In this document: one piece after another, positions 11,520 through 23,074 of the stretch
Layout of the letters: each line of letters begins with the position of its first letter
Position numbering within the stretch: position 1 is the stretch's first letter
The notes under the pieces: generated by a model
The model's database searches: none
Told to the model about the DNA's origin: nothing
What the model saw: the letters and a program-made list of their open reading frames with translations, nothing else
Program-made: the position numbers and the translations under genes
NCBI RefSeq assembly: GCF_004010195.1
Contig: NC_057750.1
Coordinates: forward strand, 13,270,817-13,304,848
Length of the DNA stretch: 34,032 nucleotides
Direction: 5' to 3'
From: Chiloscyllium plagiosum
Taxonomy: Eukaryota

Positions 11520-12662
11520 TCACATAGCCCCTTCACACCACCCCCTTTCCCTCTCATTTCTCTCCTCACCATCTCCCCTTCTCNNNNNNNNNNNNNNNNN
11601 NNNNNNNNNNNNNNNNNNNNNNNNNNNNNNNNNNNNNNNNNNNNNNNNNNNNNNNNNNNNNNNNNNNNNNNNNNNNNNNNNNNNNNNNNNNNNNNNNNNN
11701 NNNNNNNNNNNNNNNNNNNNNNNNNNNNNNNNNNNNNNNNNNNNNNNNNNNNNNNNNNNNNNNNNNNNNNNNNNNNNNNNNNNNNNNNNNNNNNNNNNNN
11801 NNNNNNNNNNNNNNNNNNNNNNNNNNNNNNNNNNNNNNNNNNNNNNNNNNNNNNNNNNNNNNNNNNNNNNNNNNNNNNNNNNNNNNNNNNNNNNNNNNNN
11901 NNNNNNNNNNNNNNNNNNNNNNNNNNNNNNNNNNNNNNNNNNNNNNNNNNNNNNNNNNNNNNNNNNNNNNNNNNNNNNNNNNNNNNNNNNNNNNNNNNNN
12001 NNNNNNNNNNNNNNNNNNNNNNNNNNNNNNNNNNNNNNNNNNNNNNNNNNNNNNNNNNNNNNNNNNNNNNNNNNNNNNNNNNNNNNNNNNNNNNNNNNNN
12101 NNNNNNNNNNNNNNNNNNNNNNNNNNNNNNNNNNNNNNNNNNNNNNNNNNNNNNNNNNNNNNNNNNNNNNNNNNNNNNNNNNNNNNNNNNNNNNNNNNNN
12201 NNNNNNNNNNNNNNNNNNNNNNNNNNNNNNNNNNNNNNNNNNNNNNNNNNNNNNNNNNNNNNNNNNNNNNNNNNNNNNNNNNNNNNNNNNNNNNNNNNNN
12301 NNNNNNNNNNNNNNNNNNNNNNNNNNNNNNNNNNNNNNNNNNNNNNNNNNNNNNNNNNNNNNNNNNNNNNNNNNNNNNNNNNNNNNNNNNNNNNNNNNNN
12401 NNNNNNNNNNNNNNNNNNNNNNNNNNNNNNNNNNNNNNNNNNNNNNNNNNNNNNNNNNNNNNNNNNNNNNNNNNNNNNNNNNNNNNNNNNNNNNNNNNCT
12501 CATCCCCCCTCTCTCCACCTCCCCTTTCCCCTCCTCCACCCTTCCTCACCTTGCCCCCGAGTCCCGCCCTCTCTCCCACTCCTCTCTCTGACTCGTCGCT
12601 CCCCCCCACCCCACCCAACATCTCCCCCGTTTCCCTCTCCCCATCTCCCTCGTCACCCTCTT
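11520..12662. repeat. Polypyrimidine (C/T) low-complexity tract spanning N gap 11584-12498
   Basis: Both gap flanks are almost purely C/T. Confidence 0.8.
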
Positions 12663-13284
12663 TGAGCAGTTCCCACAACTTCCTTCCAAACTGAAAAAGC
12701 CCAGACAGCTGGGGAAGATCTGGCTTTGTAACTTTAATTATTCTTGCATTTTTAAAGAGGGTCTGGTCTCTCCTCCTCTCTCCCCGTTTAGATAATAACT
12801 TGCAGGTCTACACATCATTAAACATTTAGCAATCCAAACCGTCCAACATCGGGAGGTCAACCGTGAGGGGCGAGCGCAGCTCTAAGAGAAACCGAGCTGG
12901 AGGCTTGGTGCAGTCTCCACTCCACCCTGGGATTTAAAACCAGCAGGGATTCCTGGGCTTTGAACTTCATCAGAATTCACAGCTTAATCAATGAACTATT
13001 GGAGGAATAATTAAAGGCCCAACCAGGAGAAATCAGCATCATTTTTAATTTAACATCCACGGGAGCAGTGATCTCTCTCTTACCAGGCAGGTAGAGTGGG
13101 AATCACAGCGAGTTAATGAGAAAGACCATGTTCGGAGAGGTTTAAAGATTTGTCAATGCAGCGAGGCAGGAACTGCTGAGGATTGGGAGCTGCACACACA
13201 GGATCAGGATTCGTTCCCTGCCTTTGTGAGGGCTTCAGCAGGAAATGGGTTTCGCTCCGTGTAAAGTCTGATTTGTGTGATTGG

Positions 13285-14032
13285 GAGTGTGTGCTTGTGC
13301 ACACGCGTGTGTGTGTGTATACGTACACGTGTGAGTGTGTATATTCATGTGTGGGTATATATACACGTGTGTCTATCTATGTATGCAAGGGTTTGTGTGT
13401 ATATGTACACGTGTATATACACGTGTATGTGTGTATATATATATATGCATAAGTGTGTGTACATAGTGTGTATGTATATTCAAATGTGAACGTGTACTTA
13501 AATACATATGTGTGTGTATATCATATATATACACATGTGATAATGTGTATATAAATACATATATGTGTGTATATACATGCATGTGTAAGTGCATGTATAT
13601 ACACACATGCATGTCTAAGTCTGTGTGTACGTGTGAATGTGTGTATATATGTATACATGTGTGATTGTGTAAATATATATATAAGTATGTATACAGACAC
13701 TTATGTATATATACATGTGTGCTTGTGTGCATATACATGTGAGTGTAAGTATGTGTGTATATACACGTATGCACATATATGTGTATATACATGTGTGTGC
13801 ATGTATACACATCTCAAGGAGAGAGAGGAATGGGAGGGGGGAGGGAGGGGGGAAATGAGAGGGAGAGGGGAGGGGAGAGGGGAAATGGGAGGGAGAGGGG
13901 AAATGGGAGGAAGAGATAGAGTACATATATATGTGTATGTAGATGTGTGTTTGGTGTGTGCATGCACCTGTCTGTGTGTATACATGTGTGTGCATTATAT
14001 ACATATATGTGTGTGTATACACGTGCGTGAGT
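13285..14032. repeat. Degenerate alternating purine-pyrimidine (TG/TA/CA)n tract with an internal polypurine block (about 13817-13921)
   Basis: Direct reading; internal gagaggggaaatggga repeats. Confidence 0.95.
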
Positions 14033-14039
14033 ATAAATA

Positions 14040-14585
14040 GTTTTTAAAATTTCATTCATGGGATGTGGGTGTCCCTAGCTATGCCAGCATTTCTTGCCTA
14101 TCCCTAATTGGCACTGAAGTGACGTTGCTGTGGGTTTGGAGTCACCTGTAGGCCGGACTGGGTAAAGATAGCAGTACATACACCCTACTGCTACTGGGCG
14201 TCGGTGGGGGAGGGAGGGGATGTTTGTGGGTGTGGAGTCAATCAAGTGAACTGCTTTGTCCTGGATGGTGTCGAGCCTCTTGAGTGTTGTTGGAGCTGCC
14301 CCCATCCAGGGGCAAGTGGGGAGTATTCTGTGGCTTCTCCTTTCAGGCTTGTCGGTGGTGGGGAGGCAGGAAATGAGTTATTCACTGCAGCATTTCCCAG
14401 CCTCTGACCTGCTGGTTATCCCTGTATTTATACAGCGAGTCCGGTCGTGTTTCTGGTCAAGGGTGACCCCTGTGATGTTGATAGTGCACGATTCAAAGAT
14501 GGTAACACCACTGAATGTCAAGGAACGAGGTGAAGATTGTCTCTTGTTTGATTATCTCCTGGCATTTGTGTGGTGCAGATATTAC
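14040..14585 (-). mobile_element. Degenerate LINE 3' part (CR1/L2 group) carrying the family B tail
   Basis: Minus ORF GAAPTTLKRLDTIQDKAVHLI resembles a LINE ORF2 C-terminus; tail gagtcacctgtaggcc shared with family B. Confidence 0.65.
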
Positions 14586-15595
14586 TTACATAGAATGTGG
14601 CACAGTGTAACATGGGAACAGGCCCTTCGGCCTATCAAGTCTGTGCCAACCATGATGCCAGTTTAAACTAATCCCACCTGCCTACACATATCCCTCCATT
14701 CCGGGCCTATCCATGTCTAAAAGCCTCTTAAACGTTGCTATTCTATCTGTTTCTGACCCCCCCCCCGCCCCGGCAGCGTGGTCCAGGCACCTATAACCCT
14801 CTGTGTAAAAAAACATCCCTCACACATCTCCTTTAAACATTCCCCCCCTCTCACCTTAAAGCTATGCCTGCTGGTATTTGGCATTTCCATCCTGGGAGAA
14901 AGACTCCGCCCTATCCATGCCCCTGATAATTGTATATATGTCTCTCAGCCCATCCCTCAGCCTCCTCGCGAAAGCAATTCAACTTTGTCTGACCTCTCCT
15001 TATCGCTGACACATTTCATTCCAGGTGGTTAAACCTCCTGTGCACCTTCTCCAAAGCCTCCACACCCTTGTGGTAGTGCGGTGACCAGAACTGCACTCAG
15101 CGCTCCTAATGTGGCTGGACTAAAGTTCTGCACAGCTGCAACATGACTTGCCACCTGAACGGTGAGGGCAAACACGCCCCATGCCTCCTTTACCACCTTA
15201 TCCACTTCTGTTGCCACTTTCCGGGAGCTCCAGACCTGCAACCCAAGATCCCTCTGGACATCAACGCTCCAAAGGATCCTGCCATTGGAATTTACTCCTG
15301 CATTTGACCTGTCCAGAACCCTTTCTTCATAATTTCCTAGATTAGTCGCCAGCTGCCACTGCTCTGCCCAACTTTCCAACCATATCGATATCCTCCTCTA
15401 TCCTTTTGCAGCCTTCCTCACTATCCACAACCTCGTCGATGTTTGTGGCTTTAAACTTACTAATCAGATCACCTACAGGCCCCAGCAATGTCCCTTCCTG
15501 CCTCCCTCAGTATCCTGGGATAGATCCCATCAGACCCTGGGGGGGAATTGGCTACCTTAAATGTTTCTCAAAACATTCGCCAACTCTTCCTGAAA

Positions 15596-15790
15596 CGAGA
15601 GTGTGGTGCTGGAAAAGCACAGCCGGAGGAGCAGGAGAGACGATGTTTCGGGCATGAACTCTTCATCAGGGAAAGGGCTCATGACCAAAACATTGATTCT
15701 CCTGCTCCTCGGATGCTGCCTGACCGGCTGTGCTTTTCCAGCACCACACTCTCGACTCTGATCTCCAGCATCTGCAGGCCTCACTTTCTC
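15596..15790. mobile_element. Penelope-type inverted terminal repeat remnant (palindrome)
   Basis: gagagtgtggtgctggaaaagcacagccgg ... ccggctgtgcttttccagcaccacactctc; related to the end of the Penelope copy at 28315. Confidence 0.75.
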
Positions 15791-16904
15791 CTTGCTCTTT
15801 CTTAATATGGATTTGTCCTAGAATATTAACATACCCATCCCCCGCCCCGAATCTTACCAACATCCATGCCCTTTTTCTTGGTGAATACCAATGTAAAGTA
15901 CTCACTGAGGACCTCACTCAGTTATAGAACGATAGGGATGTACAGCACAGAAACAGACCCTTCAGCCCAACTCGTCCATGCCGACCAGATATCCCAACCT
16001 AATCTAGCTCTAGTTCTACACATAAATGCCCTCCTTTGGACCTACCCCTTTCTGCTTGCTCTTAAAATATGGATGAAATGCCTTCGGATTCTCCCTAATC
16101 CAAGGACATTTCACGGTCCCTTTTCTCCTTCCAAATTCCTTGTTTAAGTTATTTCCTGCTTCCTTTATATTGCTTCAGGGCCTTGTCTAAATTTCAGTTT
16201 CTTAAATCTTACACCTGCTCCCTTTTTCTCAGCTTGCAATATCTCTTGCCGTCCAGCGTTCCTGAATCCGACTATCCTCATCTTCCATGCTCACAGCTGC
16301 TCCTGAACTTTCAAAAGCTCCCACACGTCAGGTGAAGATTCACCCTCAAACAGCTGCTCCCCCCCCCCCCCTCCAGCCCCAATCCAATTTCCCCAACTCC
16401 TGCCTAACATTAGCCTTCCCCCAGTTTAGCACTGTCACCCCAGGACTCGACTTAACATCATCTCCAACGATCATAAAACTTGCAGAATTATGATCACTGT
16501 TTCCAAAAGGCTCCCCCTGAAGTTTCGATCACCTGACAGGCTCATTCCCAAAAACAAAGTCTCGTTCAGTCCCTTCCCTTGCTGGATTGTCTACGTATTG
16601 TTTCAAGAGCCCCTCCTAACAAATTCTGTCCATCCAAGTCCCTGGTACTAAGGGAGTCCCAGTCAATATTGACACTAAAGTCACCCATTACGTCCTTGCC
16701 TGATCTGCTTTCATATCTGTTCCTCTATCTCCTGCTGGCTATTGGAAGGCCGATAGTATAACCCCATCATAATGACTGCACCTTTCCTATTCTACCCATA
16801 AGGCCTTGCTGGATGAGTCCTCCAAGATGGCCTCTCTCAGTGTGGCTGTAGCATTCTCCTCAATCAGTCATACAACCCCCCCCACCCCTTTTACATCCTT
16901 CACG

Positions 16905-17231
16905 TAGAATCCCAGAATCCCTACAGCGTGGAAGAAGGCCGTTCGGCCTGTCAAATCCACCCCACCCCTCTGGAGAGCATCCCACCCTGTAACCCTGCAT
17001 TTTCCATGGCCAATCCACCCTAACCCACACATCCCTGAACACTATAGACAATTCAGCATGGTCAATCCACCCTGACCTGCACATTTTCAGACTGTGGGAG
17101 GAAACCGGAGCGGCCGGAGGAAAGCCACACGGATGAGGGGAGAATGTGCAAACTCCACACAGACAGTTGCCCGAGGCTGGAATTGAACCGGGGTTCCCTG
17201 GCACTGTGAGGCAGCAGTGCTAACCACTGAC
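16905..17231 (-). mobile_element. HE1-like SINE
   Basis: aatgtgcaaactccacacagacag...gtgaggcagcagtgctaaccactga. Confidence 0.88.
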
Positions 17232-17594
17232 TGAAACATCCAAACCTTGGAAAGCTGAGCTGTCCTTCTCTCCATCAAGTAATGGCTACCTCATCATAGT
17301 CTGATGGACTAATCCAGGCTCTAAACTCATCTGCCTTACCTGTTGTAGTTCTTGCATTAAAGTAAAAGCACTTCAGACTGCCAGTCCCAAAATTAAACTG
17401 GCCCTGCCTGTTCCTTCTATTGGACTGACTTGAGTCAAACATTAACCCTCTCTTCAAACACTCCACATGCTGATCTACTGCTCTGCGTCCTGCCCCCACC
17501 CCGTGCCACCCTAGTTTAAACCATCTCTAGTGGCACTAGCAAACCTCTCTGCCAGGGGAGTGGTTCCCCCAGTATCCCTGAAGCAGGAATCCAA

Positions 17595-17890
17595 AAGCCC
17601 AGGCTGGTTTCTGGGGGACGTGGATTAGAATCCCAACTCGGTGGAGCTCGAGATCCCGAATTAGAAAGCAGTGCGGGGAGACAGTGTCTGTAAAACCGCC
17701 AGCGATTGTCGTTAAAAAACCCTGCCTGGTTTGCTATTGCCTTGGTGGGGATGTGTGTCTGCCATCTTTACCCAGTCTGGCCTACATGTGACTCCAGACC
17801 TGCAGCAGCACTGTTGACCCTGAAATAACTTAACGAGACATGGGGCAATTAGAGACAGGGAAATAATGCTGACCTTGCCACATCCCATGA
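17595..17890 (+). mobile_element. Family B SINE, degenerate
   Basis: cttacccagtctggcctacatgtgactccagacc-like core and ggggcaattagagacagg tail. Confidence 0.7.
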
Positions 17891-18024
17891 CAGATTCTGT
17901 TGTCACGGGTCTTCAATTACAGGAGTACAGTGGCAAGTGTCTAATGTCTTCCGCCCTTGGCACCATCTCAGGTACAAAGTGGTAAAAGGAACAGAGTTAG
18001 GCATGACTTTCATGGGATAAATGG

Positions 18025-18342
18025 ACTTTTTTTTATTTATCACACGATGAGGGCATCGCTGGCTATACCAGCATTTATTGCCCATCTTTAATTACCCAGA
18101 GGGCAGTTAAGAGTCAACCTCATTGCCGTGGTTCTGGAGTCACATGTAGGCCAGACCACATAACGAAGGCAGTTTCCTTCCCTAACGGACATTAGTGAAC
18201 CAGATGGGATTTGCTACATGGTCATCATTAGACTCTTAGTTCCAGAATTTTCTGCCAGGGCAGGATTCGAACCCGGGTCCCCGGAAAATTGCCTGGGTCT
18301 CTGGATTCACATTCCAGTGATAATCCCACTAGGCCTTGGCCT
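18025..18342 (-). mobile_element. Family B tRNA-headed SINE, near full length
   Basis: Poly(T) tail, ctggagtcacatgtaggccagacc core, B box ggattcgaaccc. Confidence 0.85.
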
Positions 18343-19381
18343 AGATAACCTGAAAGACCTTTTCTGCATCAACTCGTAAAATACTGGAATGAAGTTCAAA
18401 GTTCAACAGTCTTTGATGAGTCCTCTGCTTAGCTCACTCTCTAGGAGGCCTCAGCTACCTGTTCTTAACATCGCCATGGTTACCGAGAGAACTTCCCCAT
18501 CGTTTGCTCTTCCCCTGTCAATGTCATCGCTGTCTCTGAGCACCTTGTGTCGTCGAAAGGCACCTGGACGTTACTTCGTTAATAGGCACCAGGCAAAGGA
18601 AAGGGGATGTTGTTGTGAGGAGGGGAGTGGGGAGAAAAAGAGGCGGATTAAAATGGGAAAGGGGGTGAGGAACGAGCCTGGAATGGGTGGTGAAGACGGA
18701 GCTGAGTTTTCCGAATCACAGCTGGGGTGAACGGCACAAGTATTGAGGGAGGAGATGTGAACCCAAAGGGTGGTGCTTTAACGGGCCGTAGCGGTGGTAG
18801 TGACAGATGGATGAGATGTTCTCATTAGGCCGCATTCGGACCAGGCGCCACCGACCGAAGCTGTAATCAGAGATACACCCTCTGCCTCCAGCACGTTCTC
18901 GGGGAGTGCTGGAGGCAGACAGAGCAGGGACTGACGAGCAGGAGCGAGAGGTCAGAGGGCGATCGGGGACAGGCTCGCTCTCCGAGAGTGTCTATTCTTC
19001 GTGTAGCGCCCAGCCCGTGAGCTGTCATGATTAAACGGACGGTGGTGGGGGTGGGGGAGTGGGGACCAATAATTGAAGGAAGGAGCATCTCAGTATGAGT
19101 CGAAGCTGTTTCAACACGGGCACGGTGATCATGGTGAGCTGGGAGGGGAAGGGATTAATTCCCTCCGATGGCCCGGGACAGAGTGTACCCACCCACGCAG
19201 CGGGCACGCAGGATGGCTGAAACCCCAGAGACCAAGTCAGAGAATAAATCACCCTCCCCTGCAAGATGGCCGAGGTGGGAGATCACGTCCAGGGGCTTGG
19301 AGATCAAGTTTTAGATTGGTGTTGCAAAATGCTCCAGGAATTAATGTGTCATCTGCCAGGGGTCCGCTGTTCCCAGAGTCC

Positions 19382-19386
<5 letters not shown>

Positions 19387-19421
<35 letters not shown>
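19387..19421. repeat. (GA)n microsatellite
   Basis: Direct reading. Confidence 0.95.
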
Positions 19422-19424
<3 letters not shown>

Positions 19425-19649
19425 CCCTCATTGGGAAGGTTAAACTAATGGCATCTGTTGTATTGTTGCCAGGATGATCAACAAATGCAGGCCTAGCCAG
19501 TGATGTGCATATCCCACAAGGGAATAAAAGAATGTGACAGGGATGGAGAGGGCAGGAGAACGAGCGAGGAATCGTCCAATTAAATAATAAAGAGCTGATT
19601 TGCTTCTTGATTGGTGTACGGACCGAGCGTTAATGGGAAATTGGGACTG

Positions 19650-19835
19650 GCTGACTTGGAAATATATTGGTGTTCCTTCAGTGCCGCAGTCTCCAAATAC
19701 TCTCCCCAAGGGCATTGTGGGTCTACCTACCTACAGCAGTGGTTCAAGATGGTAGCTCACCATCACCTTCTCAAGGGGCAACTAGGGATAAATCATGGCC
19801 CAGCCAGCAACCCCAACATCCCATGAGTGAAAAAG
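19650..19835 (+). mobile_element. Family B LINE-tail fragment
   Basis: ctgacttggaaatatattg...caccttctcaaggggcaactagggataaa...catcccatgagtgaaaa. Confidence 0.7.
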
Positions 19836-19837
19836 AG

Positions 19838-20300
19838 TGGGGTGGATGGGACTGGGGGTGGATGGGACTGGAGGTGGATGGGACTGGGGATGGATGGGAC
19901 TGGGAGGAGNNNNNNNNNNNNNNNNNNNNNNNNNNNNNNNNNNNNNNNNNNNNNNNNNNNNNNNNNNNNNNNNNNNNNNNNNNNNNNNNNNNNNNNNNNN
20001 NNNNNNNNNNNNNNNNNNNNNNNNNNNNNNNNNNNNNNNNNNNNNNNNNNNNNNNNNNNNNNNNNNNNNNNNNNNNNNNNNNNNNNNNNNNNNNNNNNNN
20101 NNNNNNNNNNNNNNNNNNNNNNNNNNNNNNNNNNNNNNNNNNNNNNNNNNNNNNNNNNNNNNNNNNNNNNNNNNNNNNNNNNNNNNNNNNNNNNNNNNNN
20201 NNNNNNNNNNNNNNNNNNNNNNNNNNNNNNNNNNNNNNNNNNNNNNNNNNNNNNNNNNNNNNNNNNNNNNNNNNNGGATGGGACTGGGTGAAGGATGGGG
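19838..20300. repeat. G-rich minisatellite, unit about GGATGGGACTGGGGGT, spanning N gap 19910-20275
   Basis: Four units before the gap and the same motif after it. Confidence 0.85.
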
Positions 20301-20794
20301 CTGCGGCAGGGGGGTGCTGTTGACCCTCAGCAGTGATGGCGAGAATGAGGGGGAGGGTTGCTGGGACTCTGAGAGGAGTCTGCAGGGAGGCAATGGTTAT
20401 GGGGGAGAAAGGGGCTAAATCCAGGATTGGGGTGTGGAGAGCTTGGGAGGGGAACAAGGAAGGCAGGCTATGGGGATGTGATGGAGTGTGACATGTTCAA
20501 AGTGACACGTACGAATGGATCCAGTGGTCAGTGGGTGTGGTCTGTGATACAGCCATGACTCTGCCTCTCTCCACAGTGTCAATGTGAGAGAGCGTTGGAC
20601 ATTCCTCTCCCCCGTACCCAACTCATTCACAACGGCCATAGATCCACGCTGTAGATCCACTGGGTCCTGATCACTTTGTTTCAGACTCAGTGCCTACCTC
20701 GCTGTCTCTCTGTCCCCAGTCTCTGAGGCGTGGTTCAATCTGACATCAAACGGGCTCAGTCAGTCACACGTGGCCGGGTGTAATGAGTCCTGGG

Positions 20795-21088
20795 TTGAAG
20801 GATCCCGGATTGTTAGAGAGAGGCAGGAGCGGGCCTCAAAACAACGGGGGGAGCAGATCTCGGACTGAGTTAAGGAGAAACCTCTTCACCAAAGGGTTTT
20901 GGATCTGTGGGATTCCCCGCCCAGTTGGGGTTACCTCATTGAAAGTCTTTAAGGCAAAGACAGATTTTTGAACAGTAAAGGAATTAAGTGAGAGGGAGGA
21001 CTGAGTCCCTGAAGAGCTCAGCCATGATCTTATTAAATGACAGAGCAGGCTGGAAGGGCCCAGATGGCCTACTCCTGGTTCTGATGTT
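20795..21088 (+). mobile_element. Degenerate CR1 3' end
   Basis: ggactgagttaaggagaaacctcttcacc (RTELRRNLFT) ... cagccatgatcttattaaatg...cagatggcctactcctg. Confidence 0.7.
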
Positions 21089-21720
21089 CCCCTCCTCCCC
21101 CTCTATCCTCGGAGCTGTTCCAGTCTGAATCAGTTGGCAATCCATTCCTTCATTAACACAGCCTTGCTAATTGGTCCCCTCGCTAATTTGAGCCGCACAT
21201 GCTGAACGCATTAGCCTCCCATTGTATTCAGACCCTGCAGCAGAATCCCACCTGAAGATGTCTCTTTCCCTCACTGCCATGGCCTCCCCCCTGCCAAAAA
21301 TACCAGACGGGGGGTGGAGGGGGGGGATGTTGGTGGATCCTCAAACACCTTCCCCGAACTAACTCCTTGCCCAAGTCACTGAGAGGTGGAATAAGGGGGA
21401 GGCGGGAGGGAGGTGGTTAATGGTGGGTCTTGTGAGACGTAATTACTTCAGAATTAAAACTACCGTCCCCTGCCTGTGCAGGTGTGCACAAAGAGAATAT
21501 TTCGTTTCAGGGAAAGCTGGATTAATGTGTGAGGGGGAGAGCAGGGTAGAAGGAAGCGCGGCCCCAGGCCGAGAAGAGGGAAGGTCCGCCCAGACCCATG
21601 CGGTCCGTGAACGCCATCCCAGGCCCAGTTGGGCGGAATCACAGGGGGAATTGGCACAGCCCAATTGGGAGTTGGGATGGGGGAGGGATACAGAGTTGAG
21701 CACCATGCCCTGAGGACAAT

Positions 21721-21742
21721 CCAACAACAACAACAACAACAA
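21721..21742. repeat. (CAA)7 microsatellite
   Basis: Direct reading. Confidence 0.9.
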
Positions 21743-21954
21743 CCCCTTGCAGTTGATTTAGCGCCCAAGGCTCGCACGTCCCGGAGGCGGGGCACTCACG
21801 GAATGAATGAGCCACACAGAGAGATCGGTGTCCCGAAGTGTGGCTGGAGAGGCAGGTTTCAGGATGGAGAGCGTGGGGGAAATTGGTGGAATCCCAGAGT
21901 TCCAGGCGGCTGAAGTCATCAACATTGGAGTGAAGAACATTGGGGTTTTTAAAA

Positions 21955-22265
21955 CAAGATTTGTTCATGCGCTGCTGGCCAGGCCAACATTTATTGCCTG
22001 TCCCTAATTGCCCAGAGGGCAGTTAAGAGCCAACCACATTGCCTGTGGGTCTGGAGTCACGTGTAGGTGAGACCGGGTAAGGATGGCAGCTTCCTTCTCT
22101 GAAAGACAGATGGGGCTTTTCCAACAACGGTCATCACATGACTCTTAATTCCAGATATTTATTGAACTCAATGCTGTGGTGGGATTCAAACCCAGGTGCC
22201 CAGAGCATTACCTGGGTCTCTGGATTAACAGTCCAGTGATAATACCACTAGACCATTGCCTCCCC
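21955..22265 (-). mobile_element. Family B tRNA-headed SINE
   Basis: gtctggagtcacgtgtagg core, B box gggattcaaaccc, head ataccactagaccattgcctc. Confidence 0.85.
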
Positions 22266-22389
22266 TGTACGTGCAGATAGGCCCGTAGCAGTGGGACTGA
22301 GAGTTGAACCTTATCACGAAAGCGTAAGGCAAAATCTGTTAAATGTGTGAATGGGACGTGTTGATCCAACCCATCGTACCTTTTAGATG

Positions 22390-22912
22390 AGATTAGATTC
22401 TCTACAGCGTGGAAACAGGCCCTTCGGCCCAATAAGTCCACACCAACCCTCTGAACAGTAACTCACCCAGACCCATTTCCCTCTGACTAATGCACCTAAC
22501 ACTATGGGCAATTTAGCGTGGCCAATTCACCCTGACCTGTACACGGTGGCTCAGTAGTTAGCACTGCTGCCTCACAGCGCCAGAGACCCGGGTTCAATTC
22601 CCACCTCAGGCGACTGTCTGTGTGGAGTTTGCACATTCTCCCCGTGTCTGCGTGGGTTTCCTCCGGGTGCTCCAGTTTCCTCCCACAGTCCAAAGATGTG
22701 CAGGTCAGGGTGAATTGGCCATAGTAGATTGCCCATAGTGTTAGGTGAAGGGGTAAATGTAGGGGAATGGGACTGGATGGGTTGCTCTTCGGAGGGTCGG
22801 TGGAGATTTGTTGGGCCGAAGGGCCTGTTTCCACGTTGTAAGTAATCTAAGAATCTTTGGATTGTGGGAGGAAACCAGAGCAATCCCATGCAGACACGAG
22901 GAGAATGTGCAA
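22390..22912. mobile_element. HE1-like SINE (+, about 22541-22850) nested in an antisense HE1-like SINE (-, 22390-22540 and 22851-22912)
   Basis: The host sequence cctgacctg...|atctttggattgtgggagg is split by a complete plus-strand copy. Confidence 0.88.
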
Positions 22913-23074
22913 TATGGAGCTCCTCAATGACCATTTCTAACACTTTCCGGGGTTTGTCTTTTGACTGGTTTCTCCCTCTCGAAACCGAGCAGAGTTTAGC
23001 TTAGCATCACACAGTCAGCTTCCCGTGGAGAATGAGGTACGGGGCTGACACCAATTACAATGTCAGTGGATGGG

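Larger units (their letters stand above)
14588..17575 (-). mobile_element. Old, heavily deleted CR1 (APE endonuclease through RT to 3' UTR) hosting younger insertions
   Basis: Minus strand SLKCFYFNAR...KADEFRAWI...YDEVAIT (17275-17400, APE N-terminus), SWAEQWQ...QRDLGLQV (15029-15379), 3' UTR ggcccttcggcc at about 14620. Confidence 0.8.

Noticed and set aside
13183..14059. His/Tyr/Cys/Val-rich ORFs, also at 31638-31904
   Set aside because: They are translations of dinucleotide repeats.
19605..19645. Minus-strand PINARSVHQ and plus-strand FVNAARQ (about 13150) as the MEIS FINARRR exon
   Set aside because: Wrong strand or no continuation into RRIVQPM, and no fitting splice sites.
21629..21913. 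Poly-Q ORF
   Set aside because: It arises from a (CAA)7 microsatellite, with no homology or splice support.
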